Virus record (IMG/VR): IMGVR_UViG_3300028920_000004
Location: 1 to 64,000 of that record
Length of the DNA: 64,000 nucleotides
Strand: one strand, 5' to 3'
Source of the DNA: a virus
Each line of letters starts with the position of its first letter. The first letter of the stretch is position 1. Of the stretch, positions 47,708 through 58,146 are shown in pieces. The translations under genes and the position numbers were made by a program. The notes under the pieces are model-generated. The model was not told where the DNA came from. It saw only the letters and a program-made list of their open reading frames with translations, and did no database searches.

Positions 47708-49129
47708 CTAATCTAATTCTATAAGTTGTATATCTTCAGGAATATTATCAAATCTATGTAAAATGAGTATTAATTGAAATGGAAACTCATTAAAAATTTT
47801 AAGAATATAATCCAAATTAGATTTATCTAAACTACCTAAACCTTCATCAGCAATAATTAATCCATCTTCTCCTCGTTCCATCAATAACGCTAATTTGAAA
47901 GCTATTTGTAATATTAATTTTTCCCCTGTAGACAAATCTTTATAATTAAATTGAACTTCTTCTTTGGTTAATAATACATTAAATTTTCCTTTTTCATTCA
48001 CTTCAAAAGATACTTTAAAATTTATTTTATTTAGAATTTTATTTATAATAGGTTCCAATACTTTAATACTTTCTGTTAAATAATAAGAAGAAAAATTATC
48101 GAGTTCTTTAATTGCCCTACTTACTATTTCTACATCTTTAGTTGTATATTTATATTTTTTTTCATTAGGATTTCTTTCTAGTTTAGATAATAATCTCTCT
48201 AAATTATCTTCTTTGGTTTCCAATTTTTTTACTTTCTTTTCATATTGGACAATAATATCTAACATTGTTTCATTGTCTTTTACTTTACTTTCTAATCTTG
48301 GTACTATTTCTTTTATTTTCTTTTCAAATTTTTGGATAATATCAGTTTTAAGTTCCTCTGTTATTTCTTGTTCGCATACATAACAAACATCTAAAGATTC
48401 TAATTTATCTATTCTAGATTCAAAATATTCAATGCTATTTTCTAACTTGCCTATTTTTTTTGTATTCTTATTAGATTTATTTTCTAAATTCTCTACTTTA
48501 TCTTTTAAAGTTTCTATTTTATATTGTATTTTATCATAAGCAGTTTTTAATATACTTTTTCTTTTTTCTGAATAATAATGTATATTTTTAACCAAATTAT
48601 CTTTATTAAAGATTTCCCTTTGTCTTTTAATTTCCCTAAGATTATCTCTAATTTTCTTTATTCTTTTTTCATTAAGAGAAAATATAATATTTTTTAAAGC
48701 GGTTTGTCCTTGTTCCAAAAAATTAGATTCTTTACTATAAGCATCTATAACCCTAAATTGTTGAAATTGTTCTCTATCTCCGAGCAAATCATCTATAAAA
48801 TATTGAGCTTCTCTATTAGTAATAAATTTTAATAACTCTTCATTCTTATATATTTCTAATTTAGTAGGGTATTTTCTAATAATTTTATATATATCTTTAT
48901 CTTTCCTTATAGTATGTTCTGTCATACAAGATTTGGCTATATTTCTTGTAGGAAGGTCTCCTAATGAATTTGCCATAGAATATCCCCAAATCCCAAACAA
49001 AACTGATGATAGAGCAAGTGTGCTCTTACCAGACCCATTAGAACCTGTTATTAAGACGTTTTTTTCCCATTTTTGGGCTTTTTTCTCAAATTTCTTGAAA
49101 TTTTCTAAATAAGTATGTTTTAAATACAT
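47708..49129 (-). CDS. SbcC/Rad50-like ATPase
   Basis: GSNGSGKS, coiled coil with CYVC hook, LSTGE signature, ADE Walker B. Confidence 0.9.
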   Translation of the reverse strand: MYLKHTYLENFKKFEKKAQKWEKNVLITGSNGSGKSTLALSSVLFGIWGYSMANSLGDLPTRNIAKSCMTEHTIRKDKDIYKIIRKYPTKLEIYKNEELLKFITNREAQYFIDDLLGDREQFQQFRVIDAYSKESNFLEQGQTALKNIIFSLNEKRIKKIRDNLREIKRQREIFNKDNLVKNIHYYSEKRKSILKTAYDKIQYKIETLKDKVENLENKSNKNTKKIGKLENSIEYFESRIDKLESLDVCYVCEQEITEELKTDIIQKFEKKIKEIVPRLESKVKDNETMLDIIVQYEKKVKKLETKEDNLERLLSKLERNPNEKKYKYTTKDVEIVSRAIKELDNFSSYYLTESIKVLEPIINKILNKINFKVSFEVNEKGKFNVLLTKEEVQFNYKDLSTGEKLILQIAFKLALLMERGEDGLIIADEGLGSLDKSNLDYILKIFNEFPFQLILILHRFDNIPEDIQLIELD

Positions 49130-49132
49130 ATT

Positions 49133-49378
49133 TTATCCTATAGCTATAATGGACATTACATAAAAAATTATCACAAATATTATTAAAATAGTTACTAATT
49201 TTAAATTAGCAGTAGTATATAATAGCAAAAGAAAAAGAAAACTTCCAATGCCAAAAATAATTTGTCCTACCAATCCTACTAAATTAAGAGTGGTCATTTT
49301 TAAGCCTATTCCAAAATAATATCCATTTGGTTTGTATTCTAAAAATAAAAATCCAAAATTTAATATAATATCTTCCAA
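49133..49378 (-). CDS. Small membrane protein
   Basis: Two hydrophobic segments. Confidence 0.45.
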   Translation of the reverse strand: MEDIILNFGFLFLEYKPNGYYFGIGLKMTTLNLVGLVGQIIFGIGSFLFLLLLYTTANLKLVTILIIFVIIFYVMSIIAIG

Positions 49379-49440
49379 ATATATTTTGTTTTCTATAAAA
49401 TTTTTTAAAATGGTCGCTAATAGATTCTATTAATTTAATT

Positions 49441-49761
49441 TTATCTCTCATCTCCATTTCCTTTTATTTTTCCTCTTACTTTTCTTGAAGCAAGTTTCTT
49501 AATATTTTCCTTCATTAATTCTTCATAATCTAATCCTAATGTTTCACATAAAACTGCTAAATACCAAGTACAATCCGCTATTTCTCTTCCAATCTGAATG
49601 GTAGGAACTGAACCATAATCTCCTCTAAGCCATTTCTTAACTTTTTCTGCAATTTCTCCTGCCTCTCCACAAACTCCTAAAGTTAATCTAGGAACAAGGT
49701 CATAAGTATTATTTGGAAATAAAGTATCTAAAGCTTTCTTCTGATATTCTTTAAATGTCAT
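49441..49761 (-). CDS. MazG-like nucleoside triphosphate pyrophosphohydrolase
   Basis: EYQ..A..T, GEAGEIAEKVKK, EIAD..WY, N..KL.SR..RG...G.GD.R. Confidence 0.9.
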   Translation of the reverse strand: MTFKEYQKKALDTLFPNNTYDLVPRLTLGVCGEAGEIAEKVKKWLRGDYGSVPTIQIGREIADCTWYLAVLCETLGLDYEELMKENIKKLASRKVRGKIKGNGDER

Positions 49762-49762
49762 A

Positions 49763-49954
49763 TTAATCTCCTTTACTCCATTCTCCTATTATCCAAATAG
49801 GAACTTTAGTTGGAATTTTATTTTGCACTTTAAGAAAATCTATAAATTCATAATAATGGTCTTTTCCCATATATTGAATTAATATATCTTGAGTTATTAA
49901 AAATTGTTTCATTTTGTTATCCTTTTTCTTATAATCTTCCAAAAAGCCAAGCAA
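49763..49954 (-). CDS. Small hypothetical protein
   Basis: Coupled ORF; start uncertain. Confidence 0.4.
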   Translation of the reverse strand: MLGFLEDYKKKDNKMKQFLITQDILIQYMGKDHYYEFIDFLKVQNKIPTKVPIWIIGEWSKGD

Positions 49955-50050
49955 ATTCTTCTTTTGTATATTCTCTTAAAAATTTATTATTTATATAAAT
50001 ATTTATATTCATATTATAAGGATTTTTCATTATTTTTAATCTTTCCATAC

Positions 50051-50245
50051 TCATAGCCTCAGACCCATTCTTTTTATAGAAGTTCTTAAATATGGATTAT
50101 TAATATTATCAAAATTCAATTTTTGTAACCATCTATGATTACAATTTTTTTCTAAACAATAACATTCGTTAGTAATTTCATCATATTGTATAAATGGACT
50201 TCCACAATTAGGACACTTTTCAATAGTCATATTGTACCTCTCCAA
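50051..50245 (-). CDS. Zinc-ribbon protein
   Basis: CPNC ... C...C. Confidence 0.55.
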   Translation of the reverse strand: MERYNMTIEKCPNCGSPFIQYDEITNECYCLEKNCNHRWLQKLNFDNINNPYLRTSIKRMGLRL

Positions 50246-50313
50246 TTTTTAACCATAAAATAAAATTATAAATTTTATCATCACCCACAAATTCTAGCAT
50301 TGTATCAAAGATT

Positions 50314-50703
50314 TTATTTCTCATCGTTCTTTACCTTTGCCTTATTTCTTTTCACAGTAGTAACATAATCAGGATTTAATTTGTAATATCCCTTTCCAGT
50401 ACGCACTATAAATTCCTCTTCATAAAGCAATTTAAATATTCTATTAATTTGTCCATCTAAAGATTCTTTTGACCATTTAAGTCCACAATCTTTATGATGT
50501 TGAACAATCCATCTATCATACTCTTTGGTTGGATTTTTTAAGAAAACTTTAAATATTACTTGTGCATTTATATATAGGCTACATGTTTTACACTTTTTCA
50601 AAAATATTTGACTTTGTTTATGTTCTAATTCACTTTCTTTTTCTCTTAGTTTATCTATTTCCCTTTGAAGCTTAAAATATTTCTGTATTTTATTTTTACT
50701 CAT
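50314..50703 (-). CDS. Hypothetical protein, possible winged-helix C-terminus
   Basis: L.E.EFIVRTGKGYYKLNP. Confidence 0.55.
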   Translation of the reverse strand: MSKNKIQKYFKLQREIDKLREKESELEHKQSQIFLKKCKTCSLYINAQVIFKVFLKNPTKEYDRWIVQHHKDCGLKWSKESLDGQINRIFKLLYEEEFIVRTGKGYYKLNPDYVTTVKRNKAKVKNDEK

Positions 50704-50989
50704 TTTCTATCTCCTTACATTTATCACAAATATTTAATTCCTGTTCTATTTCCCATCCTTCAGAAACATTCTTATTTATAACTTTTCCATTAGTTCTTCC
50801 TAATTTATTTTCAGTTTCTAACCAATTTATAAATTCTTGTCTTTCTTTTTGAACTTTAAAAGTTTTATAATATTTACCTTTCTGCCTATAAAGAGCGTAA
50901 CAAACAATATAATATTTTCTTTCTCTTTTCTTTATTATTTTTTTATTCATACGTTTGGAAGGTTTATTACAACTATCACATATAAACAT
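50696..50989 (-). CDS. Hypothetical zinc-binding protein
   Basis: CDSC ... CDKC. Confidence 0.6.
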   Translation of the reverse strand: MFICDSCNKPSKRMNKKIIKKRERKYYIVCYALYRQKGKYYKTFKVQKERQEFINWLETENKLGRTNGKVINKNVSEGWEIEQELNICDKCKEIENE

Positions 50990-51879
50990 TATATTTCCTC
51001 CATCTGACTTTTTAGAAGTTCTCTTACATCCTTATCCTTAATTTTATTTATTTTTTTAATAAAAAGCTTTTTAAAATTTATATTTTCTTTATTAGCTTTA
51101 TTAAATTTAGAGATAATATTAAAATCTAATTTTATTTTAAATTCAGCAAATTTATTTTTAAATTCTTTTACTTTTTTAATTTCATTTTTATAAATACCAA
51201 AATCTTGTATAACTACTTTTACTTTACTTTTTTCTTTATTTTTTATTTTCTGTAATTGTTCTTCCGCATAATTCGGAATTTCACAAGTATTTATTTGATA
51301 TATAAGATAAGGAGTTTTTAAAGGAACTTCTTTTAATTTATTTTTATTTAGGAGAAAAACTTTTTTATGAGTACCTTCCAATTCACTAAAAGATATATAA
51401 CGAACTGACCCTGGATGATACATTTTATCTTTCAATAATTCTTGGTAAATATGTTGATGTCCTAAGAAAACCTTATTATATTTCCTTAATTCTTTTACTG
51501 TTCTTTCATAGGTTCCATATTCTTTTTTAGATTTATTAGTCATAAAATGAGCATACAAATTATTGTCTTTATCTATATATTCTTTAATTACTTTGATTCC
51601 CACGCATTTTAAATATTCAATAGCAGAAAAACCCATACTTTCATCATGATTGCCTACAATAAAAATTACATCTTTAAAAACTTTCTTAAATCGCCTTGCC
51701 CATTTCAAACCAAAAGAATATTCTTTAGGAGTAGGATTTTTCTTATTAAAATAATCACCAAGCATTATCATAGTTTGAGCTTTATTTTTCTTACCTATTT
51801 GAACAATTTCTATAAAAATTTGCTCAAGTTCTTTTAATGCTTTTTCTTCTATATGAGGGTCAGTCCAAATAAATTTCAT
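50989..51879 (-). CDS. SbcD/Mre11-like metallophosphoesterase nuclease
   Basis: DPH, GD, GNHD, GHQH, PGS....FSE. Confidence 0.88.
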   Translation of the reverse strand: MKFIWTDPHIEEKALKELEQIFIEIVQIGKKNKAQTMIMLGDYFNKKNPTPKEYSFGLKWARRFKKVFKDVIFIVGNHDESMGFSAIEYLKCVGIKVIKEYIDKDNNLYAHFMTNKSKKEYGTYERTVKELRKYNKVFLGHQHIYQELLKDKMYHPGSVRYISFSELEGTHKKVFLLNKNKLKEVPLKTPYLIYQINTCEIPNYAEEQLQKIKNKEKSKVKVVIQDFGIYKNEIKKVKEFKNKFAEFKIKLDFNIISKFNKANKENINFKKLFIKKINKIKDKDVRELLKSQMEEI

Positions 51880-52169
51880 TATTTTTTTTCTTTATTTTTT
51901 GTAGTTATTGATATGCCAAGTTTTTTAGCTTCTTCTATTGCTTTATTTACTGCATCTAATTGAATCTGTAAAGTTTCTAGTTCTAGGTCAAATTGTTTCT
52001 GATTTTCCTCATGTTGTTTTTTAAATCCTGCCATTCTTCTTTCTATGACAGTCCTATTAGTCAAAAGTAGAGAAATATCTATCTCTTGAGTGCTGGTAGT
52101 AATAACTCTTAATTTACCATCTTTGGTTTTACCATAAGTTCTTTTAGTAGTAGGTTTTTTCATGTTCAC
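51879..52169 (-). CDS. Coiled-coil hypothetical protein
   Basis: AGGAGG SD. Confidence 0.6.
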   Translation of the reverse strand: MNMKKPTTKRTYGKTKDGKLRVITTSTQEIDISLLLTNRTVIERRMAGFKKQHEENQKQFDLELETLQIQLDAVNKAIEEAKKLGISITTKNKEKK

Positions 52170-52181
52170 TTCTTCCTCCTT

Positions 52182-53213
52182 TTATTTTTCATTTCCATCA
52201 TACAAAACTCCATTATATACAAATTTGCCTTTGATAATTCTGATATTATCTACATAAAAATATCCATTTGGCAAATAATAAACTATCACAAAACCATGTT
52301 CCCATCTATTAGGCCTATTCTTACCATATGCAGGTGCTCTGTTACAAAGACATCCTCCATTATACCCTACTATAGATATTTCTTTTGCACTTGATAATTC
52401 TGTTCTTGATGCTATAGTATGAGTATGGAAGAATAATACATTAGTCATAAAACTTTGTATATGCCTTCTTACCGCATATATGGTTGCATATATACCATGA
52501 GTAACTGACAATCTACCTATTCTTTCTATATAATTAGTATCTTCATAAACCTTATAGCCTCTTTCTTTAAGATTAAGTTCGGTAGTAGGACTTATTAATC
52601 CTTCCAATACTGGCATTTCTTCTATAAGTCCTTTATACCAATCTTCATGATTTCCCCAAAAATAAGCCTTATCACAATTTTTTGGCAGTCTCTTATCAAA
52701 TTCATCCAATAAAACATTACCTATAGCGTAATGTTCTTTTAATCTTTGAGTTTCTAAAGTCTTTTTCTTATTTTTATTCCAATGACTAATCGGAGACATA
52801 TCCATAAAATCCCCAACAACCCTAAATCCATCAAAATTTACATCTTCCATAAGCTTAAAAATAGCTTTATGTGCAGGTATATCATGCTCTGGTACATGGT
52901 TATCTGCTACATATAAATATTTTTTAAAACCTTTGTTAGTAGGTTTTATTATTTTAGATTTAGGTATTGTCCATTCCTGTTTAGCAGATTTAATAACTTC
53001 TCTAATTTGCTCAGAATCTATATCTCTACTTCCTACTTTATTTCTTAAATTTAAATCCATTCTTGGTTTTATGGTTCCTTTTTTTCTAAGTCTTTGAGCA
53101 TATCTTTGAGCAGTTCTTTCGCCTATTTTCATAAGCTCTGCGATTTCATAATCGTTTTTTCCTAAATTATACAACTCTATAAATAACTTTTTATCTATCC
53201 TCATATTACCCAT
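52182..53213 (-). CDS. HTH + calcineurin-like metallophosphoesterase
   Basis: N-terminal HTH; DNH, GD..D, GNHE, HG, HTH. Confidence 0.85.
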   Translation of the reverse strand: MGNMRIDKKLFIELYNLGKNDYEIAELMKIGERTAQRYAQRLRKKGTIKPRMDLNLRNKVGSRDIDSEQIREVIKSAKQEWTIPKSKIIKPTNKGFKKYLYVADNHVPEHDIPAHKAIFKLMEDVNFDGFRVVGDFMDMSPISHWNKNKKKTLETQRLKEHYAIGNVLLDEFDKRLPKNCDKAYFWGNHEDWYKGLIEEMPVLEGLISPTTELNLKERGYKVYEDTNYIERIGRLSVTHGIYATIYAVRRHIQSFMTNVLFFHTHTIASRTELSSAKEISIVGYNGGCLCNRAPAYGKNRPNRWEHGFVIVYYLPNGYFYVDNIRIIKGKFVYNGVLYDGNEK

Positions 53214-53318
53214 TTTCTTCCTCCTTTTTAGGCTTCAAATGATTACAACTTTTACAAACATATCTACCATCTATCTTAATACATTCTTTTTCTTTTTTAC
53301 AACAAAAACATTTTACAT

Positions 53319-53621
53319 TCATAGTTTAGGCTTCCTTTCTATATGTATATATCCATTAATTATAAATAATTCCCTTTCGTTCTTTCTTGGTATGCCTATA
53401 ACTATTCTTGGTAATTTATTTCTATCTAATGCTTCATTCCAAATTTTTTCCAATACTTTTTGAGTTAATCTATAGGATTTTTTATCTGTATATTTTACTT
53501 CTATTAAAAGGTCTTTGCCTCTTAAATCTCCCTTATCTATTTCAAAAGCTCCTGAATTAATACATTTTTGTACCAAATCTTCAAAAGCTTGTCCTTTTTC
53601 TCTATTACTTTTTTTACTCAT
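53319..53621 (-). CDS. Holliday junction resolvase (PD-D/ExK)
   Basis: G..FE, SGA, GD, IEVK. Confidence 0.75.
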   Translation of the reverse strand: MSKKSNREKGQAFEDLVQKCINSGAFEIDKGDLRGKDLLIEVKYTDKKSYRLTQKVLEKIWNEALDRNKLPRIVIGIPRKNERELFIINGYIHIERKPKL

Positions 53622-53636
53622 AATTTTTTTGGGTTC

Positions 53637-53663
53637 AGAGAGGGAGAGTTTATCTCCCTCTCT
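53637..53663. terminator. Intergenic stem-loop
   Basis: AGAGAGGGAGA / TCTCCCTCTCT inverted repeat; no clear U-tract. Confidence 0.5.
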
Positions 53664-53674
53664 ATTATTATAGT

Positions 53675-53932
53675 TTATTCGGTCTTAGTCTTATCTTCAG
53701 GAATATTTAACTTGGTACTAATTCCTTCACTTTTTCCCTGAGACTTAGACCTAAAGTTCTTTCTTCTTTTCCTTTGACCTGTATTAGTATTGCTTCTAAT
53801 ATCCACCACCATTTTGCAGAGCAAACATAAAAGTTTAACTACATCTGCTATGGTAACATCTGTCTTATCATCTTTTAACTTTTTTTCTATCTCCCCTAGG
53901 TCATCATACATATGATTTCTTGCTAAAGACAT
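53675..53932 (-). CDS. Hypothetical protein
   Basis: AGGAGG SD. Confidence 0.6.
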   Translation of the reverse strand: MSLARNHMYDDLGEIEKKLKDDKTDVTIADVVKLLCLLCKMVVDIRSNTNTGQRKRRKNFRSKSQGKSEGISTKLNIPEDKTKTE

Positions 53933-53957
53933 ATCTATATCCTCCTTTCTTTAAGCA

Positions 53958-54233
53958 TTAAACTTCTGGTGGGTACATATCATTTCCACCATCAGAATTA
54001 TCTTTTCCAAAATGTAAATCTTTGGGTTTATTTTCTTGATTTAACGCTTCTATTAATTCTTTATAGGTTACGACTTTTTCATCTACTTTTTCAATATTAA
54101 ATGCTATATCTTCAGATAAATTTAAGATAATATTGCCAACTTCTTTTTTAGTTTCGACATATATTACTAAAGGAATATTGAAAAAATCATCACCTAATAT
54201 TACTCGCTTCCGACTTAAATTTATTTTATACAT
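53958..54233 (-). CDS. Hypothetical protein
   Basis: ORF in operon. Confidence 0.55.
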   Translation of the reverse strand: MYKINLSRKRVILGDDFFNIPLVIYVETKKEVGNIILNLSEDIAFNIEKVDEKVVTYKELIEALNQENKPKDLHFGKDNSDGGNDMYPPEV

Positions 54234-54245
54234 TTTTTTCTTCCT

Positions 54246-54470
54246 TTATATTTTAGCTATACTGTTTTTATTAAAAAATTTAATTAAATCTTGTCCTTCT
54301 TTATGCCAGTCTAAATGTTTATTTTTACAAGTGCTATTAAGATGAGCAATTTTATATATATTTTCAAGTATTATTCTAGTTTCTGGATTTTTGGTTTCTG
54401 TTCCATGTATTAAACATATAGCTTCTATCAATTTTAATTGTTGAGTTTTGGTTAATTTTTTAGTTTTCAT
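54246..54470 (-). CDS. Hypothetical protein
   Basis: ORF in operon. Confidence 0.55.
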   Translation of the reverse strand: MKTKKLTKTQQLKLIEAICLIHGTETKNPETRIILENIYKIAHLNSTCKNKHLDWHKEGQDLIKFFNKNSIAKI

Positions 54471-54474
54471 CTGT

Positions 54475-54789
54475 TTAAATTATCCTTTCTATTCTATATC
54501 TTTCTATTGCCATACCATATCTTTTTTTCATATAGTATTCTGCATCTCTTTCTGAAAACCATACTTGTCTTTCATTTATTTCCCCTAAACCGCCAGGACT
54601 AGATTTATAAGTATATACCCATTCCCATTTATAACATTTATATTCATCTTTAAAAGACTTATAATCTTTCTTTACGCAAGGTCTTATTTTTAAATAATAA
54701 TGTTTACCATCAGATATTATTTGATATTGAAGTTTATATTTTTCTATACATGAAAAAATACGTTGAAATTTATCATTTTCATAATCCAT
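54475..54789 (-). CDS. Hypothetical protein
   Basis: ORF in operon. Confidence 0.55.
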   Translation of the reverse strand: MDYENDKFQRIFSCIEKYKLQYQIISDGKHYYLKIRPCVKKDYKSFKDEYKCYKWEWVYTYKSSPGGLGEINERQVWFSERDAEYYMKKRYGMAIERYRIERII

Positions 54790-54991
54790 TGTTTATATCC
54801 TTTCTGGTTTTATCTTTCTCTTTGTTTCTATCATATTTGGTTTTGTCTTTATGTACTTGCTCAGAAGGATTTCTATTCCATTTCTTACGGACTTTAAGAG
54901 AATCTATTTTATCGCTTCCGCAAAAAGGGCATTTATTTTTCTTAGGGTTATAAAATTGACCATTACAATTTTTACATATATATTTAGACAT
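54779..54991 (-). CDS. Zinc-ribbon protein
   Basis: CKNC ... CPFCGS. Confidence 0.65.
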   Translation of the reverse strand: MSKYICKNCNGQFYNPKKNKCPFCGSDKIDSLKVRKKWNRNPSEQVHKDKTKYDRNKEKDKTRKDINNGL

Positions 54992-55295
54992 TTATATAGC
55001 ACCATCCTCTTGTGGGAGGTTTCTTTGGTTGTTTCTTATTTGTTCTTTTAAGAGGTTCAAAACAAATAACTTTTTTCTCTCCTCTTTCAGTAGGTTCATA
55101 GTCATTACCTATATAATCCCCTTCAGCAAAGATTTTATTGCCATCAGAAAAACAAACTTTATTGATTATTTTATTAGATTTTAAACTTGGGTGTACTCCT
55201 ACTGTCCAATAACAATATATAACTTCATTAGTATTTACATTTTCTATCATCTTATGTTCTACTTGTTCTGGTTTTGCGTAAATTAGTATATCCAT
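54984..55295 (-). CDS. Hypothetical protein (start reassigned to MDILIY, coupled to polB stop)
   Basis: TAATG overlap with polB; C-terminal PPTRGWCY. Confidence 0.55.
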   Translation of the reverse strand: MDILIYAKPEQVEHKMIENVNTNEVIYCYWTVGVHPSLKSNKIINKVCFSDGNKIFAEGDYIGNDYEPTERGEKKVICFEPLKRTNKKQPKKPPTRGWCYINV

Positions 55296-57595
55296 TATTT
55301 TATTTCCTTTACTTCCCACCCCATCGCAGTAAAGGGAGTTTCCAACTTCATTAAAATATTTCTTTCTATCATTAATTTCCAATCTATTATATTCTTATCT
55401 ATATTATCTTGAGTTTCTTCATCAAAAGCAATAACATTTTTAGGCTTTTCTTTTCGATGCAATATGCTTATTTTATATTTATCTTCTTCTAATTCTAATT
55501 TATTAGTTATATATTCTATACCCTCACTTCTAGATAAATCTTTGTCTAATATTTCTTTATAATCTTCTCCTTCAAGATAACCTTTAACTATTATTTGGGT
55601 TTTTCTTTTAGGTTTTTCTTGTGGTTTAATATATATCCAATAATAAGATTGTCCTATTCTTCTTTTAAAATTCTCAGTATTTTCTAAAGCCCTGGCAAAG
55701 ATTGGAACGCTTTTATAGTCTTTAATAGGCTTACTTATCTTACAAGGAAAAGCAATTTCTTTCAATGGTTTATTTTTGAGATTTTTAATTTCATTTTTTA
55801 TCCAATTAAATATTTTATCTTTAGATTCTTTATTCATAATCTTATCTAAAAGAATATCTTGAAACTTAGAAAGATACTCTGTACTATCTTTTCTCTTAAT
55901 TTCTAATCCTTTAATTTTTTCTTCTAATCCAGCAAAAGTTCTTAAATAACCTTTATACCTACAACGAGTGGCAATAAATAATTTCTCAAAATTACCTTCA
56001 TGTTCAAAAACTATATTTACTTTCTTATTAAATCTTTCTTTCGCCCATTTAATTATTACTTCATTTAACCATTCCTCTATATTTTTTCCTTTATCATCTA
56101 TAATAAATCCATCAGTATCAACATATAAAACTTTATATCCCTTCTTTTTTAATTCATCTTCTACATACCAAATTAAATCTCTAACTACTGCTGTAATCAT
56201 TCCTGCTACTCTATGGTCAAACATTCTGAAATATTTATTTCCAATCACTCCCCATGCCGAAAGTACAATAGTTTTTAAAGCTTCATATTTATTTTTAATA
56301 TCTTCATATTCATCAGAACTTGGGTCAGTTTTTTTCTTTTTCTCTTTAAGTATATTTTTTTCTTCAATTAGTTTTTTTGCTATTATAGGTAAAATAGCTT
56401 CTTTGTCTTGTTTAACATAGTAAGTTTCTTTTATTACTTTAGTTTCTCTATCGGTAATATTAACAGGAATAGTATTTGAACTTTTTTTATTTGAAACATT
56501 CGCAGGGTCTAAACATAAATCTATAATAGCATACATATAGGCTCCTGAAAGGTCATAGGAGCCAACATTAAAAAATCTACCTGTATAATAACTTTTCCTA
56601 TGTGCACCTTCAAATTCTCCTGATTCTGCATCTCTTTTCTTCATAGGCAATACTATACCTTTTTTCTTAGCTTCTTTTAATAAAAGCATATCTATAACTC
56701 TACTATTAAATACTCCAAGGTCTTCCCAATTTGCCATAGAAAATCTACGAATTTCATCATAATGATTAATAAGTTGATATTTCTTTTCCAATCTCACCAA
56801 TTTTTTAACGTCTTTTATATTCTTGTCTTTAACTTCATCCGAAATTTTATTAAAATCAGTATCAGGATTTGGCTTATCTTCAAGATATTTTTGAGCAATA
56901 TAATTTAAAGAGTATCTTTTTTCTTGGTTTCTTGTGAAATTTTTAAACCAAGTCATATAGTCAATAATAGAAATTCCAGATGGAAACCAAATTTCTCCAT
57001 CTCCATATCTAGTCTTACCTATAGGGCTTATATTTTCCGCAAATTCTTCATTCATTCTATAGTATAAATATTTATAATCAAACATTACATTCCATCCCAA
57101 AATTAAATCTGGAGATTCTTTCTTAATATATTTACAAAAATTTTCCAACATCTCAAATTCACTTTCATATTCTCTAATATCAAAAGTAATAGTTTTATCT
57201 TTAAAAGAATCATAAACAGTAATAAATGAAACTGGATATTTCGCTTGTTCTGGAACAGGAAATTCATCCGATTTTACTTCTATATCTATAAAGAAATATT
57301 TAATAGAGGTTTTTTCTATACTATCTATCCTATCAATCAAATATCTATTCGTAAATAATACATCAGATTCAAATGAATCTTCAGTTCTCATTTGTCTTAC
57401 ATTTTTAGGTTCCGAGACCATAATTTTCTTTAGTGGAGTTCCATTATATGCTCTATATTTACCTTCTATTTCATCAGAAATTTCATAAAAATAAGGAAAG
57501 AAATTAGTAACTGTTCTAATTTCTTGTTTACCCTTATCATCTCTAAGAAATAGATAAATAGTCCTTCTATGATTTGCTATATTTAATAATTTCAT
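55295..57595 (-). CDS. polB: Family B DNA polymerase with divergent motifs A and B
   Basis: ExoI IDIE, ExoII GWNV.FD, motif A YDLSGAY, motif B KTIVLSAWG, motif C YVDTDG, KGLE..R.D. Confidence 0.9.
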   Translation of the reverse strand: MKLLNIANHRRTIYLFLRDDKGKQEIRTVTNFFPYFYEISDEIEGKYRAYNGTPLKKIMVSEPKNVRQMRTEDSFESDVLFTNRYLIDRIDSIEKTSIKYFFIDIEVKSDEFPVPEQAKYPVSFITVYDSFKDKTITFDIREYESEFEMLENFCKYIKKESPDLILGWNVMFDYKYLYYRMNEEFAENISPIGKTRYGDGEIWFPSGISIIDYMTWFKNFTRNQEKRYSLNYIAQKYLEDKPNPDTDFNKISDEVKDKNIKDVKKLVRLEKKYQLINHYDEIRRFSMANWEDLGVFNSRVIDMLLLKEAKKKGIVLPMKKRDAESGEFEGAHRKSYYTGRFFNVGSYDLSGAYMYAIIDLCLDPANVSNKKSSNTIPVNITDRETKVIKETYYVKQDKEAILPIIAKKLIEEKNILKEKKKKTDPSSDEYEDIKNKYEALKTIVLSAWGVIGNKYFRMFDHRVAGMITAVVRDLIWYVEDELKKKGYKVLYVDTDGFIIDDKGKNIEEWLNEVIIKWAKERFNKKVNIVFEHEGNFEKLFIATRCRYKGYLRTFAGLEEKIKGLEIKRKDSTEYLSKFQDILLDKIMNKESKDKIFNWIKNEIKNLKNKPLKEIAFPCKISKPIKDYKSVPIFARALENTENFKRRIGQSYYWIYIKPQEKPKRKTQIIVKGYLEGEDYKEILDKDLSRSEGIEYITNKLELEEDKYKISILHRKEKPKNVIAFDEETQDNIDKNIIDWKLMIERNILMKLETPFTAMGWEVKEIK

Positions 57596-57636
57596 TATAA
57601 AAATTTCTCCAAATAATCTATTATGTCATTACCATA

Positions 57637-58146
57637 TTATCTTTCAATAATATCTATACCTTCATCATGTACAGGTTTTTCATACATATTATTAAATTTT
57701 GTCCAAACTTGTTCCCATAATTTTCTATCGGGTTGTCCATGAGGGTCATTCATTCTTCTATTTACTGCTTCATTCATAGTTAGTTTTGGCATTTCTATAA
57801 CAATAATGGTATATCCAAAACTTTTAGCATATTTGATATATCTAGCTCTCAGTTCTCTGTTAATACCTACTTCGTCTATTATAATATTAACTCCCAATTT
57901 AACAAAATTTCTAAACATAAATAATTCAGTATTCCATATTGTAGGTTCATATTCTAAATCAAAAATATATTTCCCTGCACCAATTCCATATCTTAAACTA
58001 TCTCTGGATATAACTACATATCCTTTTTTAGAATATTCTTTAGTTAAAGTAGATTTCCCTGTTCCTATATTGCCTACCATCAAAATTAAATTTTTATTTT
58101 TCATTATCACATTCCTTATTTTAAAATATAAAATTTCTAATAGCAA
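57637..58146 (-). CDS. AAA_33/polynucleotide kinase-like P-loop protein
   Basis: GNIGTGKST, ISRD, IIID, P..DEG. Confidence 0.8.
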   Translation of the reverse strand: MLLEILYFKIRNVIMKNKNLILMVGNIGTGKSTLTKEYSKKGYVVISRDSLRYGIGAGKYIFDLEYEPTIWNTELFMFRNFVKLGVNIIIDEVGINRELRARYIKYAKSFGYTIIVIEMPKLTMNEAVNRRMNDPHGQPDRKLWEQVWTKFNNMYEKPVHDEGIDIIER

